From Mobula hypostoma (lineage: Eukaryota): 64,000 nucleotides of DNA. The notes under the pieces were generated by a model. It did no database searches, was not told the DNA's origin, and saw only the letters and a program-made list of their open reading frames with translations. Below are positions 1 to 13,232 of the stretch, in pieces (the first letter of the stretch is position 1; every line of letters starts with the position of its first letter). Where the stretch lies: NCBI RefSeq assembly GCF_963921235.1, contig NC_086097.1:24058001-24122000 (forward strand), given 5' to 3'. The translations under genes were made by a program, and so were the position numbers.

Positions 1-2054
1 GCAATCTGTTCACACAGACTATATTACATAGTCCGTTGAGGTAGATCAAGGTAAAACAATAACAACGCAGAACGAAGTGTAAAAGCAACAGAAAATGTGC
101 AGTGAAGGTAAACAATAAAGAGCAAGAACATAATGAGGTTGATCATGAGGTCAATAGTCCGTCTTATTGTGCATTCAGAGGTTCATCTAGGGGTCTGATA
201 ACAGTGAGGAAGAGGCTGCCCTTGAGCATGGTCGTACACGTTTCCTGTTTTTGTATCTTCTGCATGGTGGGAGAGGAGAGAAAAGAGGATGTCCAGTGTG
301 GGTGGAGCCTTTGATTAGCTGGTTGCCTTAGTGCGGCAGCAGGAAGTGTATGAATGTGAGGCTGGTTTCTCTGATGTGCTGAGCTGTGTTGAGAACGAGA
401 CCAGAAGCCAGGAGAGGGACTCATACTTTCATCGATGAGCCCTTCTCCATGACTGTATTTGTCCTCAGGACTGCATCTCCCTGTACAAACCACTATGATC
501 TGTAACTTGGAGCTACACAGGACATGGATGAACGAATATTCCATCAGTTTTTTGACAGGTTTCACTGCACGTGCCACGAGAGATTGCACCAGAGGGGTTC
601 CAAACTCATCAGAGGCACAGATGTAGCATATTTGAGACACATCCTGTCTTGATTCCAACCTTACTGAACAGAAGCTTTAAAAAAATACACTGACAAATGA
701 GATTTTTTTCATGCACTGGTAACACTGTTGTTCTGATGCAGAAATTACCACAATGAGTAGTCTCCACCTTCATTCCGTGATGTTGACAGAAAGGATGAAA
801 AATGATAGCTGATCATCTATTTAGGCAGTTACTTCCTCAAAATAGGTGAAGCAAATTAGAAAGCTCATGGTATTTAGCATATTTAATCTTGCATGGGATT
901 CATTTTAACTGATTTTAATGCAAATTAGACTCTCTGTTAGAAACTTCAGTGGTCTCCACGTTCAGTCAACGTCTTGTCAGATGTATTTTGGCAGTAGGTT
1001 AAATGTTATTAGCTGAATGAAATCATGTGCATTTATCAAGCGGTGCGTGCGTGGGGCCTGTTGATTCTTCTCGCGTCCATCCCTCTTCCTGAGTAGTGAG
1101 TTGTTTTATCCAGCTGTGTACTGTCATGATGGCCATAACACATCGGAATGCAATCAACAGGGTCAAGAAAAGGCCATTCAGCCTTTGTGCATGTTCTAGC
1201 CTTCGAAAGACAGTGGGTGATTTTCATCCTCAAATCCACTGTACACAAACTCCTTGATATCAAAGGATCCATCCACTCCTCTTTCCAATGTACTCAGCCG
1301 CTGAGTCTCCACAGCTTGTCAGCATAAAGGATTCCAAAAGTTTCCAATCTTCTGAATAAAAACAAAAAATCACCTCAGTCCAAAACGACTGGCATGTTAC
1401 CCTGTCATAGCACAGAGTGCGAGCTTGGAGTTCAGGACCCTGTCGTCGGCTAGCCTGAGAATCACTACGGAGGACTGAAGGCTGAAGATTAACCGGAAGT
1501 TCAGAAGTTGAAGCCTAATGGCCAAAGTATGGAGACTGAAGACTGGAGGGCTAATGTTGGCGGATTGCGTGTGGATGAGTGGGAGGGAGAAAAGGCGCAT
1601 GTTATGTTGTTGCTTATTTTTTGCTTGTTGTGTTCTGCTTATTGTAACTTGTGTTGTTTTGCCGAGCATTGTGGGCATGCTATGTTAGTGCCAGAATGTG
1701 TGGCAACACTTGCTGGCTGCCCCAGCACATCCTTAGGTATGTTGGTTGATCTGAATCTGACACTGTGATCCTCTCAACTCTACAAGCAGGAGAGCAACCT
1801 CTTGACATATGCCCCATCAGGTCATTTAAGAATTTAATATTTCCTCTTCCCTTGCCTGGTAGACTGAAACATTTCTTATTGGACTATTCTCCTATTTCAG
1901 AAATTAATCTAACCCTGATACTGTAGTCCTCTCAGTCAGGCTGGCTTGATGTTTATCTCATCAAGCCCTCAATAATTTTATGTTTCCTTGTCTTCCAAAC
2001 TTAAAGGAATGTTTGCCTGCTATACTCAACCTTTTCTTCTTGTACTATTCTCCT

Positions 2055-2515
2055 AGGAACTCAGCAGGACAAGCGGCATCTATGGAGGGCAATGAACAGT
2101 CAACATGTCTGTCTAAGAGAGGAGAGGGCAGTGCTCTATGAGAGGAAGGGAAGGAGGAGAGCCAGAGGGAGGTGATGAGCAGATCATGATGGTAGAGGAA
2201 GAAAAGAGAAAGAATGAGAGTGAGCAGAATGGGGAATGGAAAAAGAGAGTGGAGGGGGAGCTGAAGTGGATGGGAATGATTACTGTAAGTTCGAGAAATC
2301 TATGCTCATGCCATCAGGTTGGAGGCTACCCAGACGGAATATGAAATGTTGCTCTTCCAACCTGAGTTGGAGTAGTAATTGATGGCAGCAGAGGAGGCCA
2401 AGGACAAATACATCAACATGGGATGGGAAGCCGAATTGAAATGGGTGGCCACTGGGAGATCCTGCCTGTTGTGGCAGACGGGGCGAAGGTGCTCGATGAG
2501 AGAGCATCTGCACTC
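2055..2515 (-). mobile_element. Penelope-like (Neptune-type) element 3' fragment
   Basis: Minus-strand translation ends FIFRLGSLQPDGMSIDFSNLQ (GIY-YIG C-terminal LxPxGxN-like motif); same family as 22795-23700 and 34670-35480. Confidence 0.7.
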
Positions 2516-3169
2516 TGTTGTGTCTGGTGAGCAGAAAGGGTGAAAGGAGAATGGGGCTTATCAACTGGAAAACAAAACATAAGTCTGTTTTCTGGTGAGA
2601 ATGGCTCATCAGTTCTCACTGAGTTCAGTCTGTTTGTTGGCTGGAGGGAAACAACTCAAAGGACCCAAATATTAATTTGTAAATAGTACCTGCGACATCT
2701 TGCTGAATCGCATGGAGAACACGTGATATTCTGAACTGAGAAACGAATGCTTAGCAGTAGTAAGCTCCACTGGGCTCAGCTGAATGCAGACAAACAATTT
2801 ATTTTTTCTGATCTCTCCAGGCTTTTGAGACACTTGGTTGATTAATCATTGTGTTGTAACAGCAGCAGCCAGAGCGATGACACAGTAATAGAGAATCTTA
2901 TTCTCCACTCCACTTTCAATGGAAGTTTCCATTCTTCCTTTTAGTGTGAAATCAAATTTAGTGTCAAGTACTCCTTTTCACCATTAACAGTCTGTGCCCG
3001 GCGATATTGTTTCTGTGCCGTCAGGACGAACTAGCTTTTGGTGTTTATGTGACAATCATTTGCCTTTGCCATCAATCCTTTCCGTTTTATCTGCTGCCAC
3101 CTTGTACACTGGTGTCCTTCAGAACATCATGCAAATCACTGTTCCTTATCCTGCAGTAATGATGATTAA

Positions 3170-3365
3170 CAAGCAGTCAATGTGCATCTATAGTGGGAAT
3201 AAACAGTCAATGCTTTGGGCTCAATGAGTCCTGATTAGGTCTCTCAGACCAAAACATCAACTGTTTATTCCCCTCCATAGGTGCTGCCTGATCGGCTGAG
3301 TTAGTCCAGCATTTTGTGTATGTTTGTTAAGATTTCCAGCATCTTCAGAATGCCTGGTGTTTATG
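3170..3365. mobile_element. Degenerate Penelope-derived fold-back short element
   Basis: Inverted arms (gcatctatagtgggaataaacagtcaatg / catcaactgtttattcccctccataggtgc) around a decayed hammerhead-like centre gtcctgatt...ccaaaacatcaactg. Confidence 0.6.
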
Positions 3366-4811
3366 AGTTTAGGTACGTGGCAATGCAGACTGTGTGCATG
3401 GCTGGGAGGAATGAAGGCTTGTTTTGCTGCTGGTGTTTTGTTACCGTTCTCTTGTTGGTGTTCTTGTTGCTGATGCTGTTCTGCTGAGCATTGTGGGTAT
3501 GCTGTGTTGGTGCCGAAATGTGTGGCAACAATCCTTACGGGCTGCCTCGGGCACAGGCTCAGGTGCATTGGCTGTAAGCACAAAGGAAGCATTTCACAGT
3601 CTGTTTCGATGTGCATGTGATAAATAGATGAATCTGATCTGGTACAAAAGCTTGAAAGCACATACCACCAAGCTCAAAGTCAGCTTCTATCCCACTATTG
3701 TAAGACTATTGAATGATACCCTTATACGCAAAAGACAAACTCTTATTGCCCCAGTCTACCTCATTGTGGGCCTTGCACTTTATTTGTCTACCTGCTCTGC
3801 ATGTTCCCTGTAACTGTAGCTCTCCATTCAATTTTTTGTTCCTTTCATTACCACCTCAATGTGTTTGTATGTGGAATGATCTGCCAGTGCGGCACAGAAG
3901 CCAAACTTTTCACCATATCTCAGTACATCTGACTAAAATGCAGTGGATCAGTTACTAAATACCGAGTTAGCGGAGGTGGTCAAAGGAGAATGTACAGAGC
4001 AAAGGGAACACCTCTGACAGTATGAGGCCAAATAAGTCATATGGCCAACAAGTTAGGCTTGAGAAACAATAACTCACCGGGTGTCTGGACACGCTGCAGC
4101 CTTCCAGGCTTTAATACTATATTTTTGTTCTTTATTCCTGTCTGTCTCTGTTGGATACGTGGGTTATGACTAAAGAAAAAAATGGCTGGAGTCACTGAGC
4201 ACTTTAGCATAAGGGTGTTTATTAGGTGCTTCAAAACTCAAACTTATGAAAATTAGCAAAAATAGTGAGAAGAAAACTGCCAATATTTATAAAAAGATAT
4301 CTACCAGAAAACAGAAAATAGCTCCAAACTTATGTTCCTGTCCAGTGTGAACTCCTGGTGGTCACAATCTCTCTCTGCCTCTCATTCAGAGAGTGATAAG
4401 CCCTGTTTATTAGGCACCGGTATAAACCATCTTCAGTTACTCACAAAGTTAGCTTTAGACTGCACATGAATCAGATTGTGATGCACCCCACAATGTAACC
4501 ACAATCATTTTACAAAATAAACAGAAGTATCTGCCTTAAATGCCATATACAAACAACATATATCTGTATCTACAACCCTCCGCAGCCTCGAGCAATCCTG
4601 TGCACTGGGGCCTCTGTATCTGTATCTGTATCTACAACCCCATCTGTATTTACATCCCCATTACTGAACAAATGGCACATTCTGCTGTGTATGGCGGGAA
4701 AGGCACCATAAAACTAACCCGAGCGAATCAGCTCGGTTTAGGACCCGTTATGAGAATATACCGGGGAAGACACTGAAGTGTGTACACTCTACACAACGAC
4801 AGCAGAATGAC

Positions 4812-4815
<4 letters not shown>

Positions 4816-4863
<48 letters not shown>

Positions 4864-4868
4864 TGTGT
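4816..4868. repeat. (GT)n microsatellite
   Basis: Directly visible. Confidence 0.97.
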
Positions 4869-5703
4869 GAGGAGAGCATTTACCGAGTGCTCTGCATCAC
4901 CGTCTGTCTCAGAACTGGCCGATTCTCTCAGTTACCTATCTCTGAACTTACTGCATATACGTGGCACCGCACAGTATGGACCCTTCTGCCCACAATGTTA
5001 TACCAATCTTTTAACCAGCTCCAAGGTCATTCTAACCCTTCCCTCCCACAGAGCCCTCTTCTTTTTTTTTAACCCATATGCCTATCTAAGAGTCTCTTAA
5101 ATGTCCCTAATATATCTGCCTCGACCACCCATCACTCTGTGTAAAAAAACCTGCCTCTAACTCCCCCCCCATACTTTCCTCCAATCAGCTTAATATTATG
5201 CCCCCTCCTATCAGCTGTATCACCCCGTCCTTGGCTCAGCTTTTCTCTCTCTGTTCATGCTGAAAGTTTCTATCGTTTTCTGTTTGCATTTTTGGATTTC
5301 TAGCATCTTCGGTACTTTTTTGCTTTACACGCGCTGACTTCCCATGTCAACGTGATGCAAATGACCACTAACACAGGACAAGTGGATCATGTGGTGAGGA
5401 AGACATCCAGGATGACGTAAAATTCCAATTTGCAAGCACTAGGACCATCCAAAGCTTTCACAGCCTTGGCAATTCAAGTGTTTGTCTAGATGCTTCTTAA
5501 ATGCTGTGTTTCTGACCCCATCAGCTTCTCAGAGAATGAGTCCTGGATTTCGACGATTTGAGGGATGAAAATTATTTTCTTCAGAGCCCCTGTAAGCCTA
5601 AAATCTCTCGCCGCTTACCCTAATGTCCTCTAGTTTTAGATGCCATGGCTACAGGGAAAATTCTCCAACTATCTATGCTACCTAAGCTTTTCACAACATT
5701 TTA

Positions 5704-8018
5704 GAACATAGAACATAAAATAGTACAGCACAGTACAGGCCCTTCAGCCCACAATGTTGTGCCGACCCTCAAACCCTGCCTCCCATATAAGCCCCCACCT
5801 TAAATTCCTCCATATACCTGTCTAATAGTCTCTTAAACTTCACTAGTGTATCTGCCTCCACCACTGACTCAGGCAGTGCATTCCACGCACCAACCACTCT
5901 CTGAGTAAAAAAACCTTCCTCTAATATCCCCCTTGAACTTCCCACCCCTTACCTTAAAGCCATGTCCTCTTGTATTGAGCAGTGGTGCCCTGGGGAAGAG
6001 GCGCTGGCTATCCACTCTATCTATTCCTCTTATTATCTTGTACACCTCTATCATGTCTCCTCTCATCCTCCTTCTCTCCAAAGAGTAAAGCCCGAGCTCC
6101 CTTAATCTCTGATCATAATGCATACTTTCTAAACCAGGCAGCATCCTGGTAAATCTCCTTTGTACCCTGTCCAATGCTTCCACATCCTTCCTATAGTGAG
6201 ATGACCAGAACTGGACACAGTACTCCAAGTGTGGCCTAACCAGAGTTTTATAGAGCTGCATCATTACATCGCGACTCTTAAACTCTATCCCTTGACTTAT
6301 GAAAGCTAACACCCCATAAGCTTTCTTAACTACCCTATCCACCTGTGAGGCAACTTTCAGGGATCTGTGGACATGTACCCTGAGATCCCTCTGCTCCTCC
6401 ACACTACCAAGTATCCTGCCATTTACTTTGTACTCTGCCTTGGAGTTTGGCCTTCCAAAGTGAACCACCTCACACTTCTCCGGGTTGAACTCCATCTGCC
6501 ACTTCTCAGCCCACTTCTGCATCCTATCAATGTCTCTCTGCAATCTTCAACAATCCTCTACACTATCTACAACACCACCAACCTTTGTGTCATCTGCAAA
6601 CTTGCCAACCCATCCTTCTACCCCCACATCCAGGTCGTTAATAAAAATCACAAAAAGTAGAGGTCCCAGAACAGATCCTTGTGGGACACCACTAGTCACA
6701 ATCCTCCAATCTGAATGTACTCCCTCCACCACCACCCTCTGCCTTCTGCAGGCAAGCCATTTCTGAATCCACCTGGCCAAACTTCCCTGGATCCCATGCC
6801 TTCTAAATTTCTGAATAAGCCTACCGTGTGGAACCTTGTCAAATGCCTTACTAAAATCCATATAGATCACATCCACTGCACTACCCTCATCTATATGCCT
6901 GGTCACCTCCCCAAAGAACTCTATCAGGCTTGTTAGACACGATCTGCCCTTCACAAAGCCATGCTGACTGTCCCTGATCAGACCATGATTCTCTAAATGC
7001 CTATAGATCCTATCTCTAAGAATCTTTTCCAACAGCTCTCCCACCACAGGCGTAAGGCTCACTGGTCTATAATTACCCGGACTATCCCTACTACCTTTTT
7101 TGAACAAGGGAACAACATTCGCCTCCCTCCAATCCTCCGGTACCATTCCCGTGGACAACGAGGACATAAAGATCCTAGCCAGAGGCTCAGCAATCTCTTC
7201 TCTCGCCTCGTGGAGCAGCCTGGGGAATATTCCGTCAGGCCCCGGGGACTTATCTGTCCTAATGTATTTTAACAACTCCAACACCTCCTCTCCCTTAATA
7301 TCAGCATGCTCCAGAACATCAACCTCACTCATATTGTCCTCACCATCATCAAGTTTCCTCTCATTGGTGAATACTGAATTGAAGTATTCATTGAGGACCT
7401 CGCTCACTTCCACAGCCTCCAGGCACATCTTCCCACCTTTATCTCTAATCGGTCCTACCTTCACTCCTGTCATCCTTTTTATCTTCACATAATTGAAGAA
7501 TGCCTTGGGGTTTTCCTTTACCTCACTCGCCAAGGCCTTCTCATGCCCCCTTCTTGCTCTTCTCAGCCCCTTCTTAAGCTCCTTTCTTGCTTCCCTATAT
7601 TCCTCAATAGACCCATCTGATCCTTGCTTCCTAAACCTCATGTATGCTGCCTTCTTCCTCCTGACTAGATTTTCCACCTCACTTGTCACCCATGGTTCCT
7701 TCACCCTACCATTCTTTATCTTCCTCACCGGGACAAATTTATCCCTTACATCCCGCAAGAGATCTCTAAACATCGACCACATGTCCATAGTACATTTCCC
7801 TGCAAAAACATCATCCCAATTCACACCCGCAAATTCTAGCCTTATAGCCTCGTAATTTGCCTTTCCCCAATTAAAAATTTTCCTGTGCTCTTTGATTCTA
7901 TCCTTTTCCATGATAATTATAAAGGCCAGGGAGCGGTGGTCACTGTCCCCCAGATGCTCACCCACTGAGAGATCTGTGACCTGACCCAGTTCATTACCTA
8001 GTACTAGATCTAGTATGG
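5704..8018 (-). mobile_element. CR1-clade LINE, 5'-truncated and young; ORF2 (APE C-terminus + reverse transcriptase) with one nonsense codon
   Basis: ORFs 6547-7965 and 5869-6543 are in the same frame, separated by a single TGA. Motifs [56 protein letters not shown]. (CTATGTT)n-type 3' tail at ~5704-5720. Possible TSD CATTTTA at 5697-5703 / 8019-8025. Confidence 0.95.
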
Positions 8019-8597
8019 CATTTTATTTAATTTATTTTCTGATATAATATGGTAAAGGACTTTCCAGCCCAATGAGCCGATGACACCCGATTACAACCAG
8101 GAGACCATTTCAGCTACTAAACCTTTGGAATGTGGGAGGAAGACGGAGCACACAGAAGAAACCCATGTGTTCACAGGGAGAAGATACCAACTCCTTACAG
8201 ACCCCAGCTGCCAGCACTGTAACAGCATTACATGAACCACAGTTCTACCATGCCTCCCCTATTGTATAGTTCCATCAAGTCAACCACCCCCTACCCCGCA
8301 ACCTTCACCATTCCGAAGTAAACAAACCTAACCTATCCAGTCTCCATCTCAGGCAATACCCAGAAGAATCTCCTCTGTGCTCTTGCCCAAGTACCTTCTC
8401 CCTATAGTGTAGCAAGCACTACACTAGTGGGGTAATTAAGGGTTATGGGGGAAAGGCAGGTAGGTGGAGATGAGTCCATGGCCAGATCAGCCATGATCTT
8501 ATTGAATGGTGAAGCAGGTTTGATGGGTCAGATGGCTACTCCTGCTCCTATTTCTTATGTTCTTCTGCACATAATTCTCCAGCTATGGCCTGACATT

Positions 8598-9822
8598 CGC
8601 TCAGTGTCCACTTTATTAAGTACACTGTTCACCTGTTTGTTGATGAAAATATCTAATCAGCCAATCATGTGGCAGCAACTCAATGTATGAAAGCATGCAG
8701 GCATGGGCAAGAGGTTCAATTGTTGTTGAGACCAAACTACAGAATGGGGAAGAAATGTGGTCAAAGTGACTTTGACTGTGGAATGACTGTTGGTGCCAGA
8801 CTGAGTGATTTGATCATCTCAAAATCTGCTGATCTCCGGGGATTTTCACTCTCAGCAGTCTTTAGAGTTTACAGAGAAAAGTGTGAAAAACAAAAAAAAA
8901 TATATAACTTCTAGTGAGTGGCAGTTCTGTAGGCAAAAATTCTGGAGTTCTGGAGGCAGGAGGAGAAGATGGCGGCACGACGCAGCGCGCGCAGCTCTCC
9001 GGTGAAATGATATCGTATTTGTTAAATAGGGTACCGTGCATAATTCTGATTTGATGGAGACAGATGTGAGAAGGCACAGAGGGACATCTGGAAACTTCTG
9101 AAATGCCCAGTTCACTGCTGCTATTGCTGTGCGATCGAGAATCTCTGGAGGGAAGGCCCCAAAATCCCCAGCTTTGCCTGCTGCTGGCGACCGAGGCTGA
9201 GGTCGAACCGTTCGGCAGAGATGGCGCTCGGTACTCGGTGTCGGAGGGCTGATCGGAGCTCGAAGTTTTCGGACGACTCAGAGTCGGACTGTGGTCGGGC
9301 ATGGCAGGGAGAGTTTTTCTTCCTTCTCCCGTCTGCGTGAGATGTGGGACTTTCAAGAGACTTTGAACTTTTTTACTGTGCCATGGCCTGTTCTTCATCA
9401 AGTTATGGTATTGTTGCACTGTTGTAACTATATGTTATAATTGTGTGGTTTTTGTTAGTTTTTCAGTCCTGTGCTTCTGTGATATCACACAGGAGGAATA
9501 TTGTATCATTTCTTAATGCATGCATTACTAAATGACAATAAAATGGGACTGTGTGTCCTCATAATCTAATAATCTAATAATAAAAATACCATATTAATAA
9601 GCGAGTTCAGTGGAGAATGATCAGACCGATTCAAGCTGACCGAAGGGCGACAGTAACTCAACCAAACATGCGTTACAACAATGGTGTGCAGAAGACAATC
9701 CCTGAATGCATAACACATCAGACCTTGAAGTGGATGGGCGGCAACAGCCGAAGATCACAAAGATACAGTCAGTGACCACTTTATGAGAGACAGGAGGTAC
9801 CTAATGAAGTGGCCACTGAGTG
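8598..9822 (+). mobile_element. Tc1/mariner internally deleted element, interrupted by a nested insertion
   Basis: TIRs cgctcagtgtccactttattaagtac / gtacctaatgaagtggccactgagtg; remnant transposase HTH N-terminus MGKKCGQSDFDCGMTVGARLSDLIISKSADLRGFSLSAVFRVYRE. Confidence 0.85.
8941..9581 (+). mobile_element. Non-autonomous non-LTR (SINE-like) element nested in the Tc1
   Basis: CpG-rich 5' end with AAGATGGCGG; 3' end aatgacaataaa...(TAATC)-type tail resembling the Rex1 3' end at 18456-18500; flanked by AAAAAT direct repeats (8935-8940 / 9582-9587). Confidence 0.7.
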
Positions 9823-10849
9823 CACAGTGAGGGAGTATCTGCTAAGAATGCACAGATTCAGCAGTGAAGGGAAGATAAAAGACAAAACTGAGTGGGCCAC
9901 AAGTGACAAAAATTAGTCTGAAATATCCCAGCTGAACTGAACATAGAGAAAAAGCGGCGAGGGATACAAGAATCTGCTTTCTAACAAGAAGACTTTTAAT
10001 AATGAAGATAATGAAGATGATGATTATTAGTAAAATATCACATTATTTACTGCCTTTTGTGGAAAGAAATTAGAGCCCTAATGGGTCTTTAAAATTGCCA
10101 TAAAGGGGGAGAAATGAAAAAGACATTGTGCTTGGAGGAACATAAATAACCTTGGCTATCGATGGAAGTGTCTCTGCTTGCAGGGGGAATTAAACTGCAT
10201 TCTGGACAGCCAATTGCCTGTGCATCAACTCTGGTTGACAGCTAATTTTCTACTTAATAACCCATTGGGTTAAAAAGTTCAAAGCTCATCAGAATACAGG
10301 TGGCCCACTGATAACACAGCACAGAGTCGAGCACATGTTTAAAAAGTATATATTATATATACACCGCGAGGCTTAATAACTGGGGCCCTGTTTGGAATTA
10401 ATCAACATGCTTTAACCTTCTGGGTGCTGAATTGATTTTAAATTTCATTTTGGTTTTCTTTTTTAAATTGAGTCTGCTGAGAATGGCTGTCAGCTTGGGA
10501 GGTCTGGTAGGAATGAATCGGTTTTTCACTTCCCCTTCAATTACATTATCCCAACAACGACTTGTTCTTTCGTCACTGTATCTCTTCTCTGCGAGGGACG
10601 GGCTGGAGATTTGATGTATTTGTCACTCTTTTTTGCAAGGGAGTGGGTTGGGGACTTGGCGGGGGGGGGTTGCGAGTTTTGTTTCCTTTTCTTTTTCATG
10701 TCGGGAGTTAGTGATGGCTTTTCTTTTCAACAACCCTGATGGTTTTTCCATATTTCATGGCTATCTGGAGTAGACCAATATCAGAGTTGTATTGTATATG
10801 CATACTTTGGCAATAAAACGAACCTTTGAACGACTTGTATCTTGAAGAC

Positions 10850-11090
10850 ACGGTGCCATAGCGGTTAGCGCAATCTCTTTACATCACCAGCAATCATCAA
10901 TCAGCGTTCGGTTCTGTCCATAAGGAATACGTTTGTTCTGCCCATTGCTTTGGGACTTCTCTCCAAGTGCTTCAATTTCCTCCCCCATTCCAAAGACCTA
11001 TGAGTCAGTGGATTAGTTGGTCACATAGGTGTAATTGTGCGTGCAAGCTCACTGGCCCAGAAGGGTCTGCTACTGTGCTGTATCTCTAAA
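10850..11090 (+). mobile_element. V-SINE (HE1-like) copy. Other copies at about 8090-8250(-), 12085-12220(-), 15820-16090(-), 23920-24120(+), 29575-29770(+), 34135-34550(+), 48190-48340(-), 48505-48780(+), 50380-50560(-), 52130-52275(-), 56090-56240(-), 57500-57600(+)
   Basis: tRNA-like head followed by the V-domain-like motif gggtttcctccgggtgctccggtttcctcccacattccaaagac, recurring across the window. Confidence 0.7.
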
Positions 11091-12249
11091 CAAAAAAGAT
11101 ATACAATTACATCTCACCCAAATTCACCAAAACAAGATCATCAGCAAACTATCATGATGTGTCTGGGAGCTTTCTGTGCACATACTGTCTGTTGCATTTC
11201 CTACTTTACAAAACAGATCACTAAAATGTTCTAAATTGCCTTGAATCATTCTGAATTGTGAACGTTACCATACAAATGCAAATCTGTTCTTTCTGATGAA
11301 ACTCAAAGTGAAATTTCAAGTACACCAAGAGAGATTGTTAAAAAGCTGCCTATGTTGTTTTGCCTCAGGATCATCTCCATGTGTCTCTTCTTCTGTTGAC
11401 TACATTGACTAAACAATGCTCAGTACAGGAATTGCTTCAGCTGTTTTCTCCTTGTCATGAGAGGAATCCTCTGTCCGTTCAGTTACATACAGAGCCCTGA
11501 TCATCTCAGTCCCATCTGTCTGATTAGATCATTGACTGGCCTGACGTACACTGTCCATTAACCACCTCCCCCACTTCCTAATGTGAGCTGACAGACCGAT
11601 TATGCTGAATACCTCTGGGTGTTTCATTATTGTCTCATCCTGTTCTTTTCAAGATGACTGCCTCTTGTCATCGAACTGTTTTGTCCTGTTAGAAACCATC
11701 TTCATTTCTTCACCCTCTAGGTTGATATCAGATACTGTTTTCAGACTAGACATGGGAGCTCTCATATGAGCAGTGTGGAGACCCAGTCATCTCAATAATG
11801 GTTTTTCCCAAGCCAACTATCGTCTGTTGTATGCTGGTCTGTGACTTTGTTCCCCCACTCCTTCCCTCAAGTCTTTCTTCACTCTTGCTGGGGTATGACT
11901 CGACCTCCAACTATCGGCACTCAAGGACTTCAGATTAGCTTTATCTGTCACAGGTACATCAAAACATGCAGTGAAGCGCGTCGTTTGTGTCGAATCAAAT
12001 CAGCGAGGATTGTGCTGGGGGCAGCCCACAAGTCTCACCACAATTCCGGTGCCCTCACAGTATGCCCACAGCTCACTAACTAATCCTTTGGAATGTGGGA
12101 GGAGAAAGGAGCACCCAGAGGAAACCCACATGGTCAAGGGGAGGATGTGCAAACTCCTTATACACAGTGGCATGAAATGAACCACTGTCTTATGCTGGCA
12201 CTATAAAACATTGCGCTAACTGCAGGCTTCCTGTTGCTTTTGCCTCATG

Positions 12250-12892
12250 ACACTGGGATCTTTAGAAGCTTTATGGAGGATCATACAATATAATCCTGAA
12301 CAGCATCCCCACCACAATAAAGCAATACCAGCTCCTACTGTCATTTGGATGCATAGCTCACGTCTCCCCAAACAGATCCTTCACTCCCGGTTTAGTAAAG
12401 ATCAGGAGCCTCTGGTGGGCAAAGGAAACAATTCAAAGATAACATCGAAATCATCCTGAAGAAATTCAGCATTACATCTGAAAACTGGAAAGACATTCTA
12501 CTCAATAGATCCTGGAGGACATCTTAAGTTGTGAAGAGAGACAATTGGATGAAAACATTAACTCGGGTCCTTCCTCCACATTTCATTCCCAATGATTTCC
12601 ATCACTTTCCATTCCTGTTCTTGGACGGTCTTTCCTATATTACTGTATGGAGCTGAATTATAGACCAGCAACAGTAGGCACCTGAAAGCCTTGGAAAAAT
12701 ACCACCAAAGATCGTTACAAAAGATTTTGAGGATCAGCTGGAAGGACAGATGCACTCACACCGAAGGAGGCCACGATCTCCACCACGATAAAGCAACATT
12801 AACTCTACTGGATAGTTGGTGTCATCTGGATACCTAATTTACGTCTCCCCAGGTGAAGGATATTCAGTGAGCCCCTGATGGGCAAAGGAAAT
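12250..12892 (+). mobile_element. Two degenerate RTE-clade LINE 3' fragments
   Basis: Translations RLPKQILHSRF...GGQRKQFKDN and PILLYGAEL..RHLKALEKYHQRSLQKILRISWKDR are typical of the RTE ORF C-terminal region. Confidence 0.7.
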
Positions 12893-13232
12893 GTCTCTGT
12901 GTGAAGAAGTTTTTCCTCATCTCGGTCCTAAAAGGCTTCCCCTTTATCCTCAAACTGTGACCCCTCGTTCTGGACTTCCCCAACATCGGGAACAATCTTC
13001 CTACGTCTAGCCTGTCCAATCCCTTTAGAATTTTATACATTTCAATAAGATCCCCCCTCAATCTTCTAAATTCCAGAGAGTATAAGCCTAGCCAATCCAG
13101 TCTTTCATCATATGAAAGTCCTGCCATCCCAGGAATCAATCTGGTGAACCTTCTTTGTACTCTCCCTATGGCAAGAATGTTTTTCCTCAGATTAGGGGAC
13201 CAAAACAGCACACAATACTCTAGGTGTGGTCA
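12893..13232 (-). mobile_element. CR1 LINE internal fragment
   Basis: ORF 12864-13211: RVQRRFTRLIPGMAGLSYDERL..LGLYSLEFRRLRGDLIE. Confidence 0.9.

Noticed and set aside
164..658. 164-aa minus-strand ORF
   Set aside because: Partly overlaps a Rex-type 3' remnant, has a non-ATG start and no recognisable domain
4160..4560. Possible second solo LTR
   Set aside because: LTR-like composition, but no convincing TG...CA termini or TSD
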